The position numbers and the translations under genes were made by a program. A DNA stretch of 64,000 bases from Rhodothermales bacterium (GTDB taxonomy: Bacteria; Bacteroidota; Rhodothermia; Rhodothermales; Bin80), in assembly GCA_965116685.1 (NCBI GenBank), contig OZ220707.1, forward strand, positions 1,811,655 through 1,875,654, read 5' to 3'. Below the pieces are notes generated by a model that was given only the letters and a program-made list of their open reading frames with translations, had not been told where the DNA came from and searched no databases. This document shows positions 55,252-64,000 of this stretch, piece by piece (within the stretch, counting starts at the first letter, position 1; each line of letters starts with the position of its first letter).

Positions 55252-57858
55252 ATGAAACAGATTCTCTCACTCATTCACGCGGTCACGAAAATCAGGATCG
55301 GCCTCTTTGTACTTTTGTTGGTTTCGCTGCTTCACCAGGAAGCTAGTGCACAAATCTCGGTTATGGGAACGGTGGTGTCAGATGACACTGGTGAACCGTT
55401 GGCAGGTGTCTCGGTTGTGATTGATGGCGCGTTTATCGGTACCACTACGGACCAAGAGGGGAAGTACACGATCAATCTACGATCCCAGAACGACGTACTG
55501 ATTTTTTCTTTTGTGGGCTTTCGGACGCAACTTCATACGGTGACTCCAGGCGTTACACTGATTGATGTTCGCCTGCAACTTGATGTGGTCAGGATGGAGG
55601 AAATCAGCATTGTCGCCGAAGAACCTAAGACCTTTGCGAGCAATGTGGTTGCTGCTCCGATGATACGTCAGCAGTCTCCAATTACCAGCGTGACATCGGT
55701 CATAGACAACCTTCCTGGCGTATCCGCTCAGGAAGGCGATGCATACGGTATGGATGACTGGTCAAGCAACATCGCCATGCGAGGTTTTCAAGTCACTATC
55801 AATGAAGTACAAATTGGAACCACGATTGATGGGTTCTCGAATGGCACATCTGATTATTGGAGTGGTGCGAAGGCGAATCGGTTTGTTGACGTTACCAATC
55901 TGGGCGGCATTGAGGTGTCGCAAGGAACCGCCGACATCGCCTCCCAGTCGGTGGAGGCACTGGGCGGAACATTCAACTATATCACGGACGATCCCGCGCC
56001 AGAGCGACGTTACACTGTATCGGCCACGGTTGGCGAGCATGATGCAAAACGGGTCGCCATGCGTATTGACACCGGGCCACTGTTTGGGGAAAAGGCATAT
56101 GCCTGGGTGACGGCACTTCGCCAGCAGGGCACCGATTGGATTCAGGGTGCCGCGCAAAATGAGCGCGAGCACCTTGCTGCAAAACTCACCTCAACACTTG
56201 GGCCTCTTGATCTCACTAGCTATTTTTCGTACGATCAGATTAATGAAGATGTCTATCAGAGGCTTTACAGTGACGCTAATTTCAGGGCAAACCCACGGTG
56301 GGACCGCCTGATTGATGACTGGCCTGGCGTGCCATATCTAAACCAATTCTACAGACGGGGCTGGACGACATTGCGCAACAATACCTTCGGTTACGTCAAA
56401 GCCGACTGGACGGCTGGCGCGGGCATCTCAATCACCACGGGAGCCTACTTTCATCGGAATAGAGGCCGAGGAGACTGGCTTCCCCCGTACATTGTTGACA
56501 TTTCTGACGATCAAGGTGGACCGGAGTCGGAACTGCAGGGTGGGGACCCTGTCCGTGGCGGACAGCAAATCGGGTTGATACACTTTGTTGATCGGAACGG
56601 AACGGCTGTCTTGCCCGAGCCTGGGTGTACATCATCCTATATTTTCCATTATTATGGAGCAAGTGGACCGGAGGTTGACCCTGCCTGCCATCCGGGAGCG
56701 ACGGCCGTTCAGTCATATCGCCATAGCCACTACGGAAAGGATCGTGTCGGTATCACGGTTGACGAAGAATGGTTCACCTTGATTGGTGCGGCTGGCAGTT
56801 CGCTGCGCGCCGGAATTTGGTACGAAAATTCACGTCGCCTTCTCGGTCGGGACTGGCACCGTATACTGGACCCTTCCCTCAACGAAATGTGGGATGAGGA
56901 GGCTTATTGGCACCAGTATGACTGGGAGTTCCCACAGCACGTATTCAGATGGTATCTTGAAGAGACTCTTTATGCGGGCCCGTTCACTGCGAGAGCCGGT
57001 GTCAGACAGTTTCTCGTTGAAATATCGCGTACAGACTTGTTCAATGTGGATCCAGATTTGACCGCAGAGTCCAACTCGGATCTGCTCTTCTCCGGCGGTG
57101 TTACATACGAATCGCCGATCGAAGGCTTGCGTCTATTTGCCGGCTATTCCGAGAATTTCCGGGCATTCAGTTCGGCCCTCTTGGAAGTGCCCGGTCGGAG
57201 CCTTGATGCGCTTGAACCGGAAACCTCTTCAAATATTGACGTAGGGGTGCAATTTTCGGGTGATCGGATTGCTTTGAGCGGCACTTGGTATGCTGTGGAT
57301 TTCCAGAATCGCATTGTATTTCTCGGCCCGTCAACCACAGCTGGACCGAATTACCTCATTCCGGGCGGGGGGGCATACTTCAACGCAGGCGGTTTGGATA
57401 CGCGTGGGTTTGAGCTCTCGGCCACGGTGCAACTACCACGTAAAGTGTCCCTCTATTCTGCCTATACACGTAACAACTCGGAATATATTGGTAGCGGAGA
57501 TGCTGCTGTGGATGCGAGCCAAGGGACTTTACCCGGTACTGACGTTACGGGCGTGCCTGATCAGCTTTGGGTTGTTTCCATTGATCGATCCGGTCCGCTA
57601 AGTACCGGGCTATCCGCAAAGTATACGGCTTCGCGTCGTGTAAGCCTGACGGCTGACTGGTACTCGGATGCCTATTGGATCGTGGATGCCTACATCAGTT
57701 TATCAGGAGAATCCCTCGGCCGTTTGTTTCGGTCAACGGAATTCTCGCTGGTTGCAAACAATCTGTTCGACGAAACCTATCTATCCGCCATTACTGAGAA
57801 TGCCGCCTGGCTTGGGGCGGCGCGAACAGTCTCAATGACGACTACGATCACGTTCTAG
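55252..57858 (+). CDS. TonB-dependent outer-membrane receptor with N-terminal CarboxypepD_reg-like domain
   Basis: Signal peptide, MGTVVSDDTGEPLAGVSVVIDGAFIGTTTDQEGKYTINL (carboxypeptidase-regulatory-like fold), plug-domain motifs, long beta-barrel, and a terminal aromatic residue (TTTITF). Confidence 0.85.
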   Translation: MKQILSLIHAVTKIRIGLFVLLLVSLLHQEASAQISVMGTVVSDDTGEPLAGVSVVIDGAFIGTTTDQEGKYTINLRSQNDVLIFSFVGFRTQLHTVTPGVTLIDVRLQLDVVRMEEISIVAEEPKTFASNVVAAPMIRQQSPITSVTSVIDNLPGVSAQEGDAYGMDDWSSNIAMRGFQVTINEVQIGTTIDGFSNGTSDYWSGAKANRFVDVTNLGGIEVSQGTADIASQSVEALGGTFNYITDDPAPERRYTVSATVGEHDAKRVAMRIDTGPLFGEKAYAWVTALRQQGTDWIQGAAQNEREHLAAKLTSTLGPLDLTSYFSYDQINEDVYQRLYSDANFRANPRWDRLIDDWPGVPYLNQFYRRGWTTLRNNTFGYVKADWTAGAGISITTGAYFHRNRGRGDWLPPYIVDISDDQGGPESELQGGDPVRGGQQIGLIHFVDRNGTAVLPEPGCTSSYIFHYYGASGPEVDPACHPGATAVQSYRHSHYGKDRVGITVDEEWFTLIGAAGSSLRAGIWYENSRRLLGRDWHRILDPSLNEMWDEEAYWHQYDWEFPQHVFRWYLEETLYAGPFTARAGVRQFLVEISRTDLFNVDPDLTAESNSDLLFSGGVTYESPIEGLRLFAGYSENFRAFSSALLEVPGRSLDALEPETSSNIDVGVQFSGDRIALSGTWYAVDFQNRIVFLGPSTTAGPNYLIPGGGAYFNAGGLDTRGFELSATVQLPRKVSLYSAYTRNNSEYIGSGDAAVDASQGTLPGTDVTGVPDQLWVVSIDRSGPLSTGLSAKYTASRRVSLTADWYSDAYWIVDAYISLSGESLGRLFRSTEFSLVANNLFDETYLSAITENAAWLGAARTVSMTTTITF

Positions 57859-57860
57859 CC

Positions 57861-59840
57861 AACTAGTGCTGGGCAGAAAATACCAAAAATGGCCAATAAT
57901 CTTTGATTCAAGGTCTATGGAGTAGTTTTCGAGAATCGTTTTGGTTGCGAATTTTTAGGATTCAGGTAATTTCTGGGGGGATTTGGGGAGATTACAGGGG
58001 ATCTGGTCCCCTAAGGCAGAATTCTTCGCATCTTTTAGGGGGCAAAAGGTTAACCCTGTTTGGACTTGGGCGTTGAATCTTCAACCATTTCTCTTTTTCA
58101 CATGCGTAAGGTTTTTCAAGCTCAAATGACGATTGGCACCGTTCCCATTGAGGAGATTGAGCTGGATCTCAAGAGTCGGGACGATGTGATTGCCTATCTG
58201 TATGGGGTCCAACAGATCTTCAAGAATCCTCGGACCCGTAAACAGCTTTTTGATCTGATGGACTCCGGCTATAATCCTGGGGTCCGCAAGGATCGTGGAC
58301 GTCCGGGGATGGACCTGTGGAGGATCGTGGTATTGGCGGGCTTGCGTCAAGCGATCCACTGTGACTATGATCGTCTGGCGGTATTGGCCAATGGGTTAAA
58401 GTCCCTTCGCCAGATGATGGGACACAGCGATGCTGACGACACGCAGTACAACCGTCAGACCATCCAGGATAATGTGTCGGGCCTGTCTCCGGAGCTTCTT
58501 GGGCAGATAAATGCTCTGGTGGTGAAACAGGGGCACCAAGCCGTAGGGCACACCGAGGGAGAACTGTTGAAAACACGAGGAGACTCCAAAGTCGTCAAGA
58601 CGAATGTTGAGTTTCCCACGGATGTGCGTCTGATGTGGGATACGATTCGGTGTATGATCCGCAAGTGTGTACGGGTATCGAAGCAGTCGGGGCTTAGGGG
58701 CTGGCGGCAACATGCCTATCTTCAGCGAGAGACGTACAAATTATTTCAATCCATCCGCACGGCTCGGCAGTACAAATCCAACCACGAGGGGGTAGAAGCA
58801 TACCTGGCGTACTGTTGCAAGATTCGGGAGAAAGCGGAACAACTGCTTCGCGATTTGGATGCATTTCTTACGTCGCCCATGGATCAGAACCATGTGGGTC
58901 AACCTTCTGGCTTGGATGCAAAACAGCTGGCTCAGCTGCAGAGTGCAAAGGTTCGGATCGTGGAATTGGTCGCCTATGCGGCGAAATTTGCAGACCAAAT
59001 TGATCGTCGCATTCTGCGGGGAGAAACGATTCCTTCCGAGGAGAAGGTGATGTCTATTTTCAAACCGCATACGTGTTGGATCAAGAAAGGCAAAGTCGGC
59101 GTCGTATGCGAGTTAGGGGTTCCGGTTGCGATGATCGAGGATGAGCATCAATTTGTCTTGGGATACGAAATTATATGGACCGGGACGGACAAGGATGTGG
59201 CCGTATCCTTGATTAAATCGACGCAGGCGATCTACCCAGACGCTCGGAGTTGTTCGTTGGATCGGGGGTTTTACAGTCCAGAAACGTTTGACGAATTGGA
59301 TCAGTTGTTAGAGGTCAACGCAACGCTGAAGAAGGGGCGCTGTACGAAAGAGGAGCAGGAACGTCAGGCAACGGACTCGTTCAAACAAGGACGCAAAGGA
59401 CATTCGGCAGTGGAATCTGCACTGAATAATTTAGGCCAACGAGGATGGGATGTGGTACGTGAAGTGAGCCCAGAGAGCTTTGAGCGGGTTGTAGCTACCG
59501 CCGTCCTGGCGGCCAATCTCCACCGGTTGGGACGTCTGGTTCTCAGCCAAGAACTGAAACGTGCCAAACGCCGACGGCGTGCAGCGTAGGAGATCTCTGA
59601 AGTCGAGTCAAGATATGACCGCGCGTTCGACGCGGATGGCAGAGGTACGTTCAGACTGCACGAAATCTACGGATATAGCATTGCAACACGACAAGAACAA
59701 AGCCAAAAACGGACGCGAAAGGGACCGAATGGACACGGGGCCTCCAAAGTTCGTCATGTCGAGGGGAAAATTGAGGAAACCTCCCAATTTCTACTGAGTC
59801 GAAATTCAAAAAACAGCTATTTTCTGCCAAGCACCAACTA
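57861..59840 (+). mobile_element. ISNCY-family insertion sequence (copy B)
   Basis: IR-like ends AACTAGTGCTGGGCAGAAAATACC (57861-57884) and GCTATTTTCTGCCAAGCACCAACTA (59816-59840). They resemble the copy A IRs. Boundaries are good to a few nt. Confidence 0.65.
58102..59589 (+). CDS. ISNCY-family DDE transposase (copy B)
   Basis: Collinear with copy A along its full length, with roughly half of residues identical by eye. Contains GDSKVVKTNVEFPTD, EKVMSIFKPHTCWIKKGKVGVVCELG, CSLDRGFYSPE and RKGHSAVESALNNL. Confidence 0.8.
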   Translation: MRKVFQAQMTIGTVPIEEIELDLKSRDDVIAYLYGVQQIFKNPRTRKQLFDLMDSGYNPGVRKDRGRPGMDLWRIVVLAGLRQAIHCDYDRLAVLANGLKSLRQMMGHSDADDTQYNRQTIQDNVSGLSPELLGQINALVVKQGHQAVGHTEGELLKTRGDSKVVKTNVEFPTDVRLMWDTIRCMIRKCVRVSKQSGLRGWRQHAYLQRETYKLFQSIRTARQYKSNHEGVEAYLAYCCKIREKAEQLLRDLDAFLTSPMDQNHVGQPSGLDAKQLAQLQSAKVRIVELVAYAAKFADQIDRRILRGETIPSEEKVMSIFKPHTCWIKKGKVGVVCELGVPVAMIEDEHQFVLGYEIIWTGTDKDVAVSLIKSTQAIYPDARSCSLDRGFYSPETFDELDQLLEVNATLKKGRCTKEEQERQATDSFKQGRKGHSAVESALNNLGQRGWDVVREVSPESFERVVATAVLAANLHRLGRLVLSQELKRAKRRRRAA

Positions 59841-59890
59841 TTCGGCATTCACTGCCGCCTGCCAACGAGTACGTGATAAATTGGGGGAAC

Positions 59891-61354
59891 TCAGGTATTT
59901 CTGCGATTGCGCCAGGTGGTGGTCCGTGAATCCGAGGGCCGGGATTTCTGCAGTAAGACGGTTGCCACAGCGGCGGCTTTCGTTGGCACGTCGGCCTGCT
60001 CTGTCAGAAGTTCCGGGTGCTCATCCACGAAATGAGTACTGAGACGAGTTTCCTGCCATGCTGCACTTTGCATAACACGGCGGCAGAATTGGCGCGTTGT
60101 TTTTACTCCTGCAATCTGATAATCACTTAAAGCACCGATCATTCTCTGTGTTGCTTCCTCACGCGTACGACCCCACGTAGTCACTTTTGAGATCATTGGA
60201 TCGTAATAGATTGGCACCTCGCCGCTGACCTCCAGACCGCTATCCACCCGGACCCCAACCCCTGTCGGAACCTGATGAAACGTAATCCTGCCCGGATTCG
60301 GTAAAAAGTTGGATTCTGGATCCTCTGCATAAATGCGACACTCTACCGCGTGCCCATGAATCTCTATTTCCTTTTGTTCGTACGGCAGAGGTGCCCCTTC
60401 TGCGATCCTGATTTGCTCGGCAACAAGATCCAATCCAGTGATGTACTCGGTGACCGGGTGCTCCACTTGAAGGCGCGTATTCATTTCCATAAAGTAGAAG
60501 TTATTGTCCTGATCAAGTAAAAATTCAATGGTCCCCGCACCAACATACTTGCATGCCTGTGCGGCGCGGATCGCCGCTGCCCCCATGCAGGCTCTCAACT
60601 CTGCAGTCATGTCTGCACAGGGGGCTTCCTCAATGACTTTCTGGTGGCGTCGTTGTATGGAGCACTCGCGTTCAAACAGATGGATACATTTGCCGTATGC
60701 ATCTGCAAGGATCTGAAATTCTACGTGCCGTGGATTTTCCAAATACTTCTCAATAAAGATGCGGGCATCCCCAAAGGCAGAACCTGCTTCCCCCTGTGCC
60801 CGGTCAAGCGCCTGCTCCATTTCCTGGGCGCTGTTCACCTTGCGCATCCCTTTGCCGCCACCTCCTGCCGCTGCTTTTGCGAGCACCGGATATCCAATTT
60901 GGTCCGCAATGGCTAGTGCTTCGTCAACATGGGTGACCGCTCCTGCGGTTCCTGGAACCACCGGTACATCATGTGCCTGCATGACCTTTCTGGCCAACAT
61001 CTTGTCTCCCATGTCACTGATCGCCTGCGCGGAAGGGCCAATGAACACAACCCCCTGTTCTGCACACGCCTTCGCAAGTTCAGCCCGCTCAGACAAGAAC
61101 CCATAACCTGGATGAACCGCGTCTGCCCCACTTTCTTTGATCGCATCCATAATCCGGCTCAGATTCAAGTAAGATTCTACCGATGGGGCAGGGCCCACAC
61201 AATAGGCCTCGTCTGCATAGACCACATGGGCACTTCTGCGATCAATCTCACTGTAGATTGCAACCGAACGTATCCCCAGCACTTTACAGGTGCGCATGAT
61301 CCGCAGCGCAATCTCTCCTCGATTCGCAATCAGTATCTTTGAAGTCTTCTTCAT
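59891..61354 (-). CDS. accC: Biotin carboxylase (acetyl-CoA carboxylase subunit)
   Basis: KILIANRGEIALRI, ATP-grasp GGGGKGMR, EMNTRLQVEHPVTE and IDPM-type motifs. Has a tail about 35 aa longer than E. coli AccC. Confidence 0.85.
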   Translation of the reverse strand: MKKTSKILIANRGEIALRIMRTCKVLGIRSVAIYSEIDRRSAHVVYADEAYCVGPAPSVESYLNLSRIMDAIKESGADAVHPGYGFLSERAELAKACAEQGVVFIGPSAQAISDMGDKMLARKVMQAHDVPVVPGTAGAVTHVDEALAIADQIGYPVLAKAAAGGGGKGMRKVNSAQEMEQALDRAQGEAGSAFGDARIFIEKYLENPRHVEFQILADAYGKCIHLFERECSIQRRHQKVIEEAPCADMTAELRACMGAAAIRAAQACKYVGAGTIEFLLDQDNNFYFMEMNTRLQVEHPVTEYITGLDLVAEQIRIAEGAPLPYEQKEIEIHGHAVECRIYAEDPESNFLPNPGRITFHQVPTGVGVRVDSGLEVSGEVPIYYDPMISKVTTWGRTREEATQRMIGALSDYQIAGVKTTRQFCRRVMQSAAWQETRLSTHFVDEHPELLTEQADVPTKAAAVATVLLQKSRPSDSRTTTWRNRRNT

Positions 61355-61416
61355 TCGCTCTAACCGTGCTACTGAATATCGTGCATATCTGTTCTTGAAC
61401 CATCCTGGAGTTGTTT

Positions 61417-62199
61417 ATGTCTCGTTTGACTACCGCTGATGACCTTTATGCCGTGATGGAAGTCGATCGCTTTGCTTCCGCAGAAGAGATAAAGGTTGCC
61501 TATCGACGACTTGCCCAACAACATCATCCCGATCGTAACCCAGGCGATGATGAAGCGGAAGAGCGCTTTAAGCGGCTTCAGCAGGCCTACAGTATTCTCT
61601 CAGATCCTGCCCGGAGAAGGGCGTATGACCAACTTCGGATCACAACGAAACCCGACCCCTCACCGGTATTCGTGGATGATTTTTTCTCCAGCATCGGTGA
61701 GTTTTTTGAAGAGCTCTTTGGGGGAGGCAGCAATGTCGTGCATATATCGCTGGAACGTGCTCTTCGAGGTGGACCCGTTATGATTCGGGGCAAAGATGGA
61801 TCTCTTACCCGGATTGTACTTCCCCGGGGAGTGAAGAATAAATTCCGGATCCGCACCTCTGATGACCCCACTGCACATGTTTTCACCTTCAAGGTGCGCC
61901 CACATCCCGTATTTACCCGAAAAGGAAGCACCCTGCAAATGAAGCTGCCTCTAAACGGACTGGAGGCGCTTTTGGGGTGTACACATACAATTACTGACCC
62001 CTATGGGGAGCCGATCACGATTGATGTTCCACCCAATTCAACCCCCGGAACCAGACTGCGACTCAAGGGATGCGGAGTTCAAACGGAGACAAAACGGACG
62101 GGAGATCTACTGGTTGACCTCCAGATCCTCCCCCTGAAGCCGTCAGACCGCGAAACTCTTTACAACGCCGCACATGCGGCCGGGCTTATTGACCGGTAG
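61417..62199 (+). CDS. DnaJ-domain co-chaperone (CbpA-like: J domain plus DnaJ C-terminal domain, no zinc finger)
   Basis: [36 protein letters not shown] (HPD motif). GGAG lies 7 nt upstream of ATG 61417. Confidence 0.8.
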   Translation: MSRLTTADDLYAVMEVDRFASAEEIKVAYRRLAQQHHPDRNPGDDEAEERFKRLQQAYSILSDPARRRAYDQLRITTKPDPSPVFVDDFFSSIGEFFEELFGGGSNVVHISLERALRGGPVMIRGKDGSLTRIVLPRGVKNKFRIRTSDDPTAHVFTFKVRPHPVFTRKGSTLQMKLPLNGLEALLGCTHTITDPYGEPITIDVPPNSTPGTRLRLKGCGVQTETKRTGDLLVDLQILPLKPSDRETLYNAAHAAGLIDR

Positions 62200-63133
62200 T
62201 TTCGGTCAGTGAAGTATATACATGCCCGACAAATACATCCGGCTCTAATACTCCACCTACCCAGTCCGCATCTATGGAGGCGGTGGGCTTCGCAGCGATG
62301 GCCTCCTCCTGAGATTTCCCCTCTTGGATCAGAGCCGACACGGCATTGCGGACGGTCACCAACATATCCCGGTACGCCTCCAGCTCGGATTGATTGGACA
62401 GCGGTCCATGTCCGGGGATGATCTTCGTGCTTTCATTGGAGCGTGCAAGCACCTCTTCCGCAACTGCAATCACTCCATCCACAGAGCCTCCACTATCCAC
62501 ATCAATGAATGGGTACATCCCGTTGAAGTAGGTGTCCCCCATATGGATCACATTCCCCTTCAGGAAATGTACAATCGCATCGCCATCCGTGTGTGCATCC
62601 GGCGCATGGAAGATCTCTATCGTGTCTCCATTCCAGTAAAAGGTCATCTCTTCGGTAAACGTGACAACGGGAAGGGCTTCTTTGGGGGCGGCAGGTACTT
62701 TTCGCCCGAACGCACCGAGAACCTGATCCACACTCAGGCGCGCCCGAACATTTTCGTGTGCCACAATAATGGCACCCTGTTTGCCCAGGTTTTCATTTCC
62801 TCCCACATGATCACCGTGCCAATGCGTGTTGAGGACAAACTGAACCGATTGATCCGTGCGTGTTGCGATTGCTGCCAGGATTTTCTCGGTCAGAGGAGCG
62901 AACTGATCATCAATCATGAAGGTCGCATCCTCTCCGTAGGACACTCCAATATTCCCCCCTTGACCAACTAACATCAAGATGCCGGGGGCGGCTTCCTGAA
63001 TTTCAATTTCAATCGCATCAAATTCCTCCTGGGCAATTGCCCCGGGAGTGAGAAAGTTTAACACTGACATAAGCATGCAGATAATAATGACTTGATAAAC
63101 AGTTGTGTTGGTGAAAAAGGTTGTGTTATTCAT
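62186..63133 (-). CDS. Secreted MBL-fold metallo-hydrolase
   Basis: Signal-like N-terminus ending GAIAQ, and an HxHxDH motif [13 protein letters not shown], with downstream H and D ligands ([19 protein letters not shown]). Confidence 0.75.
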   Translation of the reverse strand: MNNTTFFTNTTVYQVIIICMLMSVLNFLTPGAIAQEEFDAIEIEIQEAAPGILMLVGQGGNIGVSYGEDATFMIDDQFAPLTEKILAAIATRTDQSVQFVLNTHWHGDHVGGNENLGKQGAIIVAHENVRARLSVDQVLGAFGRKVPAAPKEALPVVTFTEEMTFYWNGDTIEIFHAPDAHTDGDAIVHFLKGNVIHMGDTYFNGMYPFIDVDSGGSVDGVIAVAEEVLARSNESTKIIPGHGPLSNQSELEAYRDMLVTVRNAVSALIQEGKSQEEAIAAKPTASIDADWVGGVLEPDVFVGHVYTSLTETTGQ

Positions 63134-63650
63134 CTTCTTCGTGGTCATCGGAGCGCTGACCCAGTTCACGGTCCAGGAGAAAGAGCGCGGCTCCTGATTC
63201 ACCGACCAGACGCAAATTCTCCATGATCTCCCGGGCAGATTCCTCTTCTTCCAACTGCTCCTCTATGAACCAGTGCAGAAGCGTCTGGGAGCCATAATCC
63301 TGGTCTTCCTGCGCCAAAGTATACAGCTGATTGATTCGAGCAGTAATGTATTGTTCGTGCTCCAGCACTTGTGAAAAAATTTCGAGTGTTGTCCGCTCTG
63401 AATCAATGCTCGGCTTCTCCAACGCATGAAGCTCTACTTTTGCATCGCGCTGAAGCAGGAAATCGTACAACTTTAACCCATGTACTAACTCTTCTTCCCA
63501 TTGCATCCGCAACCAGTGAGCAAAGCCCTTCAGGCTCCGGGACTCCATTTCAGCAGCAAGTGCCAAGTACAGATAGGCAGAATCCAACTCTGCTTTAATT
63601 TGCTCATTCAGCGCAGCCTGCATTCGTTTGGACAACCCTTTTCTTGCCAT
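63126..63650 (-). CDS. Ferritin (non-haem, Ftn-like)
   Basis: MQAALNEQIKAELDSAYLYLALAAEME...WEEELVHGLKLYDFL carries the ferroxidase-centre E/E-x-x-H pattern. ATG 63650 preferred over the upstream extension. Confidence 0.8.
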   Translation of the reverse strand: MARKGLSKRMQAALNEQIKAELDSAYLYLALAAEMESRSLKGFAHWLRMQWEEELVHGLKLYDFLLQRDAKVELHALEKPSIDSERTTLEIFSQVLEHEQYITARINQLYTLAQEDQDYGSQTLLHWFIEEQLEEEESAREIMENLRLVGESGAALFLLDRELGQRSDDHEEDE

Positions 63651-63816
63651 GATTCCGATTGGATGATTCTTCTGCGTATACCACTCAAATCCGGCCCTGT
63701 TGCGCATCGTATCGAACATGATAATGTATGTGTGGTATACGGAATTACTACGTTCCATCTCAATTCTCTGCCTCTGACTTTACGGCTACGACTCACTCAA
63801 CCCTCATCAGTCGATG

Positions 63817-64000
63817 TCAACAGCCGGGCATATCCTTTGGGCAGACGATGAAATTGATCTGCTCCGATCCCACGTACTTTTTCTTGAAAATCGTGGCTAC
63901 CAGGTTACGTGCGTAACCAATGGGGCGGACGCCGTTGAGGTGGTCGCCCAGGGTGATTTGGTTGACGTGGTCCTTCTGGATGAGCAGATGCCCGGTATGG
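63817..64000 (-). CDS. 3-prime end of an unidentified gene running off the window
   Basis: The open frame ...[58 protein letters not shown] ends at TGA 63817-63819. It is not in the ORF track because the start lies off-window. Confidence 0.3.
   Translation of the reverse strand, partial: HTGHLLIQKDHVNQITLGDHLNGVRPIGYARNLVATIFKKKYVGSEQINFIVCPKDMPGC

Noticed and set aside
59841-59995. Possibility that accC is a longer carboxylase truncated by ISNCY copy B
   Set aside because: The ORF stops 50 nt before the IS end and does not run into IS sequence, and the biotin-carboxylase domain is complete. The 35-aa tail may simply be lineage-specific. This cannot be settled without homologues.

Overview
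64-kb chromosomal window, probably from a Bacteroidota/Rhodothermota-like bacterium. That placement is inferred from a CarboxypepD_reg-type TonB receptor and a 6-bladed beta-propeller lipoprotein. The housekeeping backbone includes coaE, queD-folE, murJ, ruvA, trmB, accC, an ABC importer, a two-component pair and ion transporters. Four accessory patches interrupt it. (1) 3.76-9.41 kb: an intact TerB / P-loop ATPase / DExH-helicase cassette with the architecture of the Shango anti-phage system. It is followed by an ISNCY-transposase N-terminal remnant that runs in frame into glgA. (2) 20.47-21.80 kb: a decayed TnpB-only IS with about 28-bp terminal inverted repeats, wedged between a HIT gene and queD. 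(3) 24.0-29.9 kb: a GC-rich mosaic. It holds a frameshifted NYN gene, an orphan hairpin-rich segment, a 196-bp MITE that keeps only the tnpB 3-prime/omega-RNA portion, a small RHH gene and a 2-kb IS4-like IS. It also holds an unusual gene with eight tandem sigma-70-region-4-like HTH modules followed by a primase-type zinc ribbon. (4) 39.85-54.14 kb: a 14.3-kb ISL3-bounded unit flanked by a 7-bp (8-bp with one mismatch) direct repeat. It splits a beta-propeller lipoprotein gene and carries a roughly 3,320-aa autotransporter adhesin. The adhesin has about 22 Ig-like modules, Calx-beta modules, near-identical 291/294-nt tandem repeats and a G10 tract. An ISNCY element is nested in the distal ISL3 copy, and another ISNCY copy lies at 57.86-59.84 kb. 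I recognised no rRNA, tRNA or CRISPR array. All calls come from reading motifs and repeats by eye; no database or HMM search was possible, so family names are provisional.
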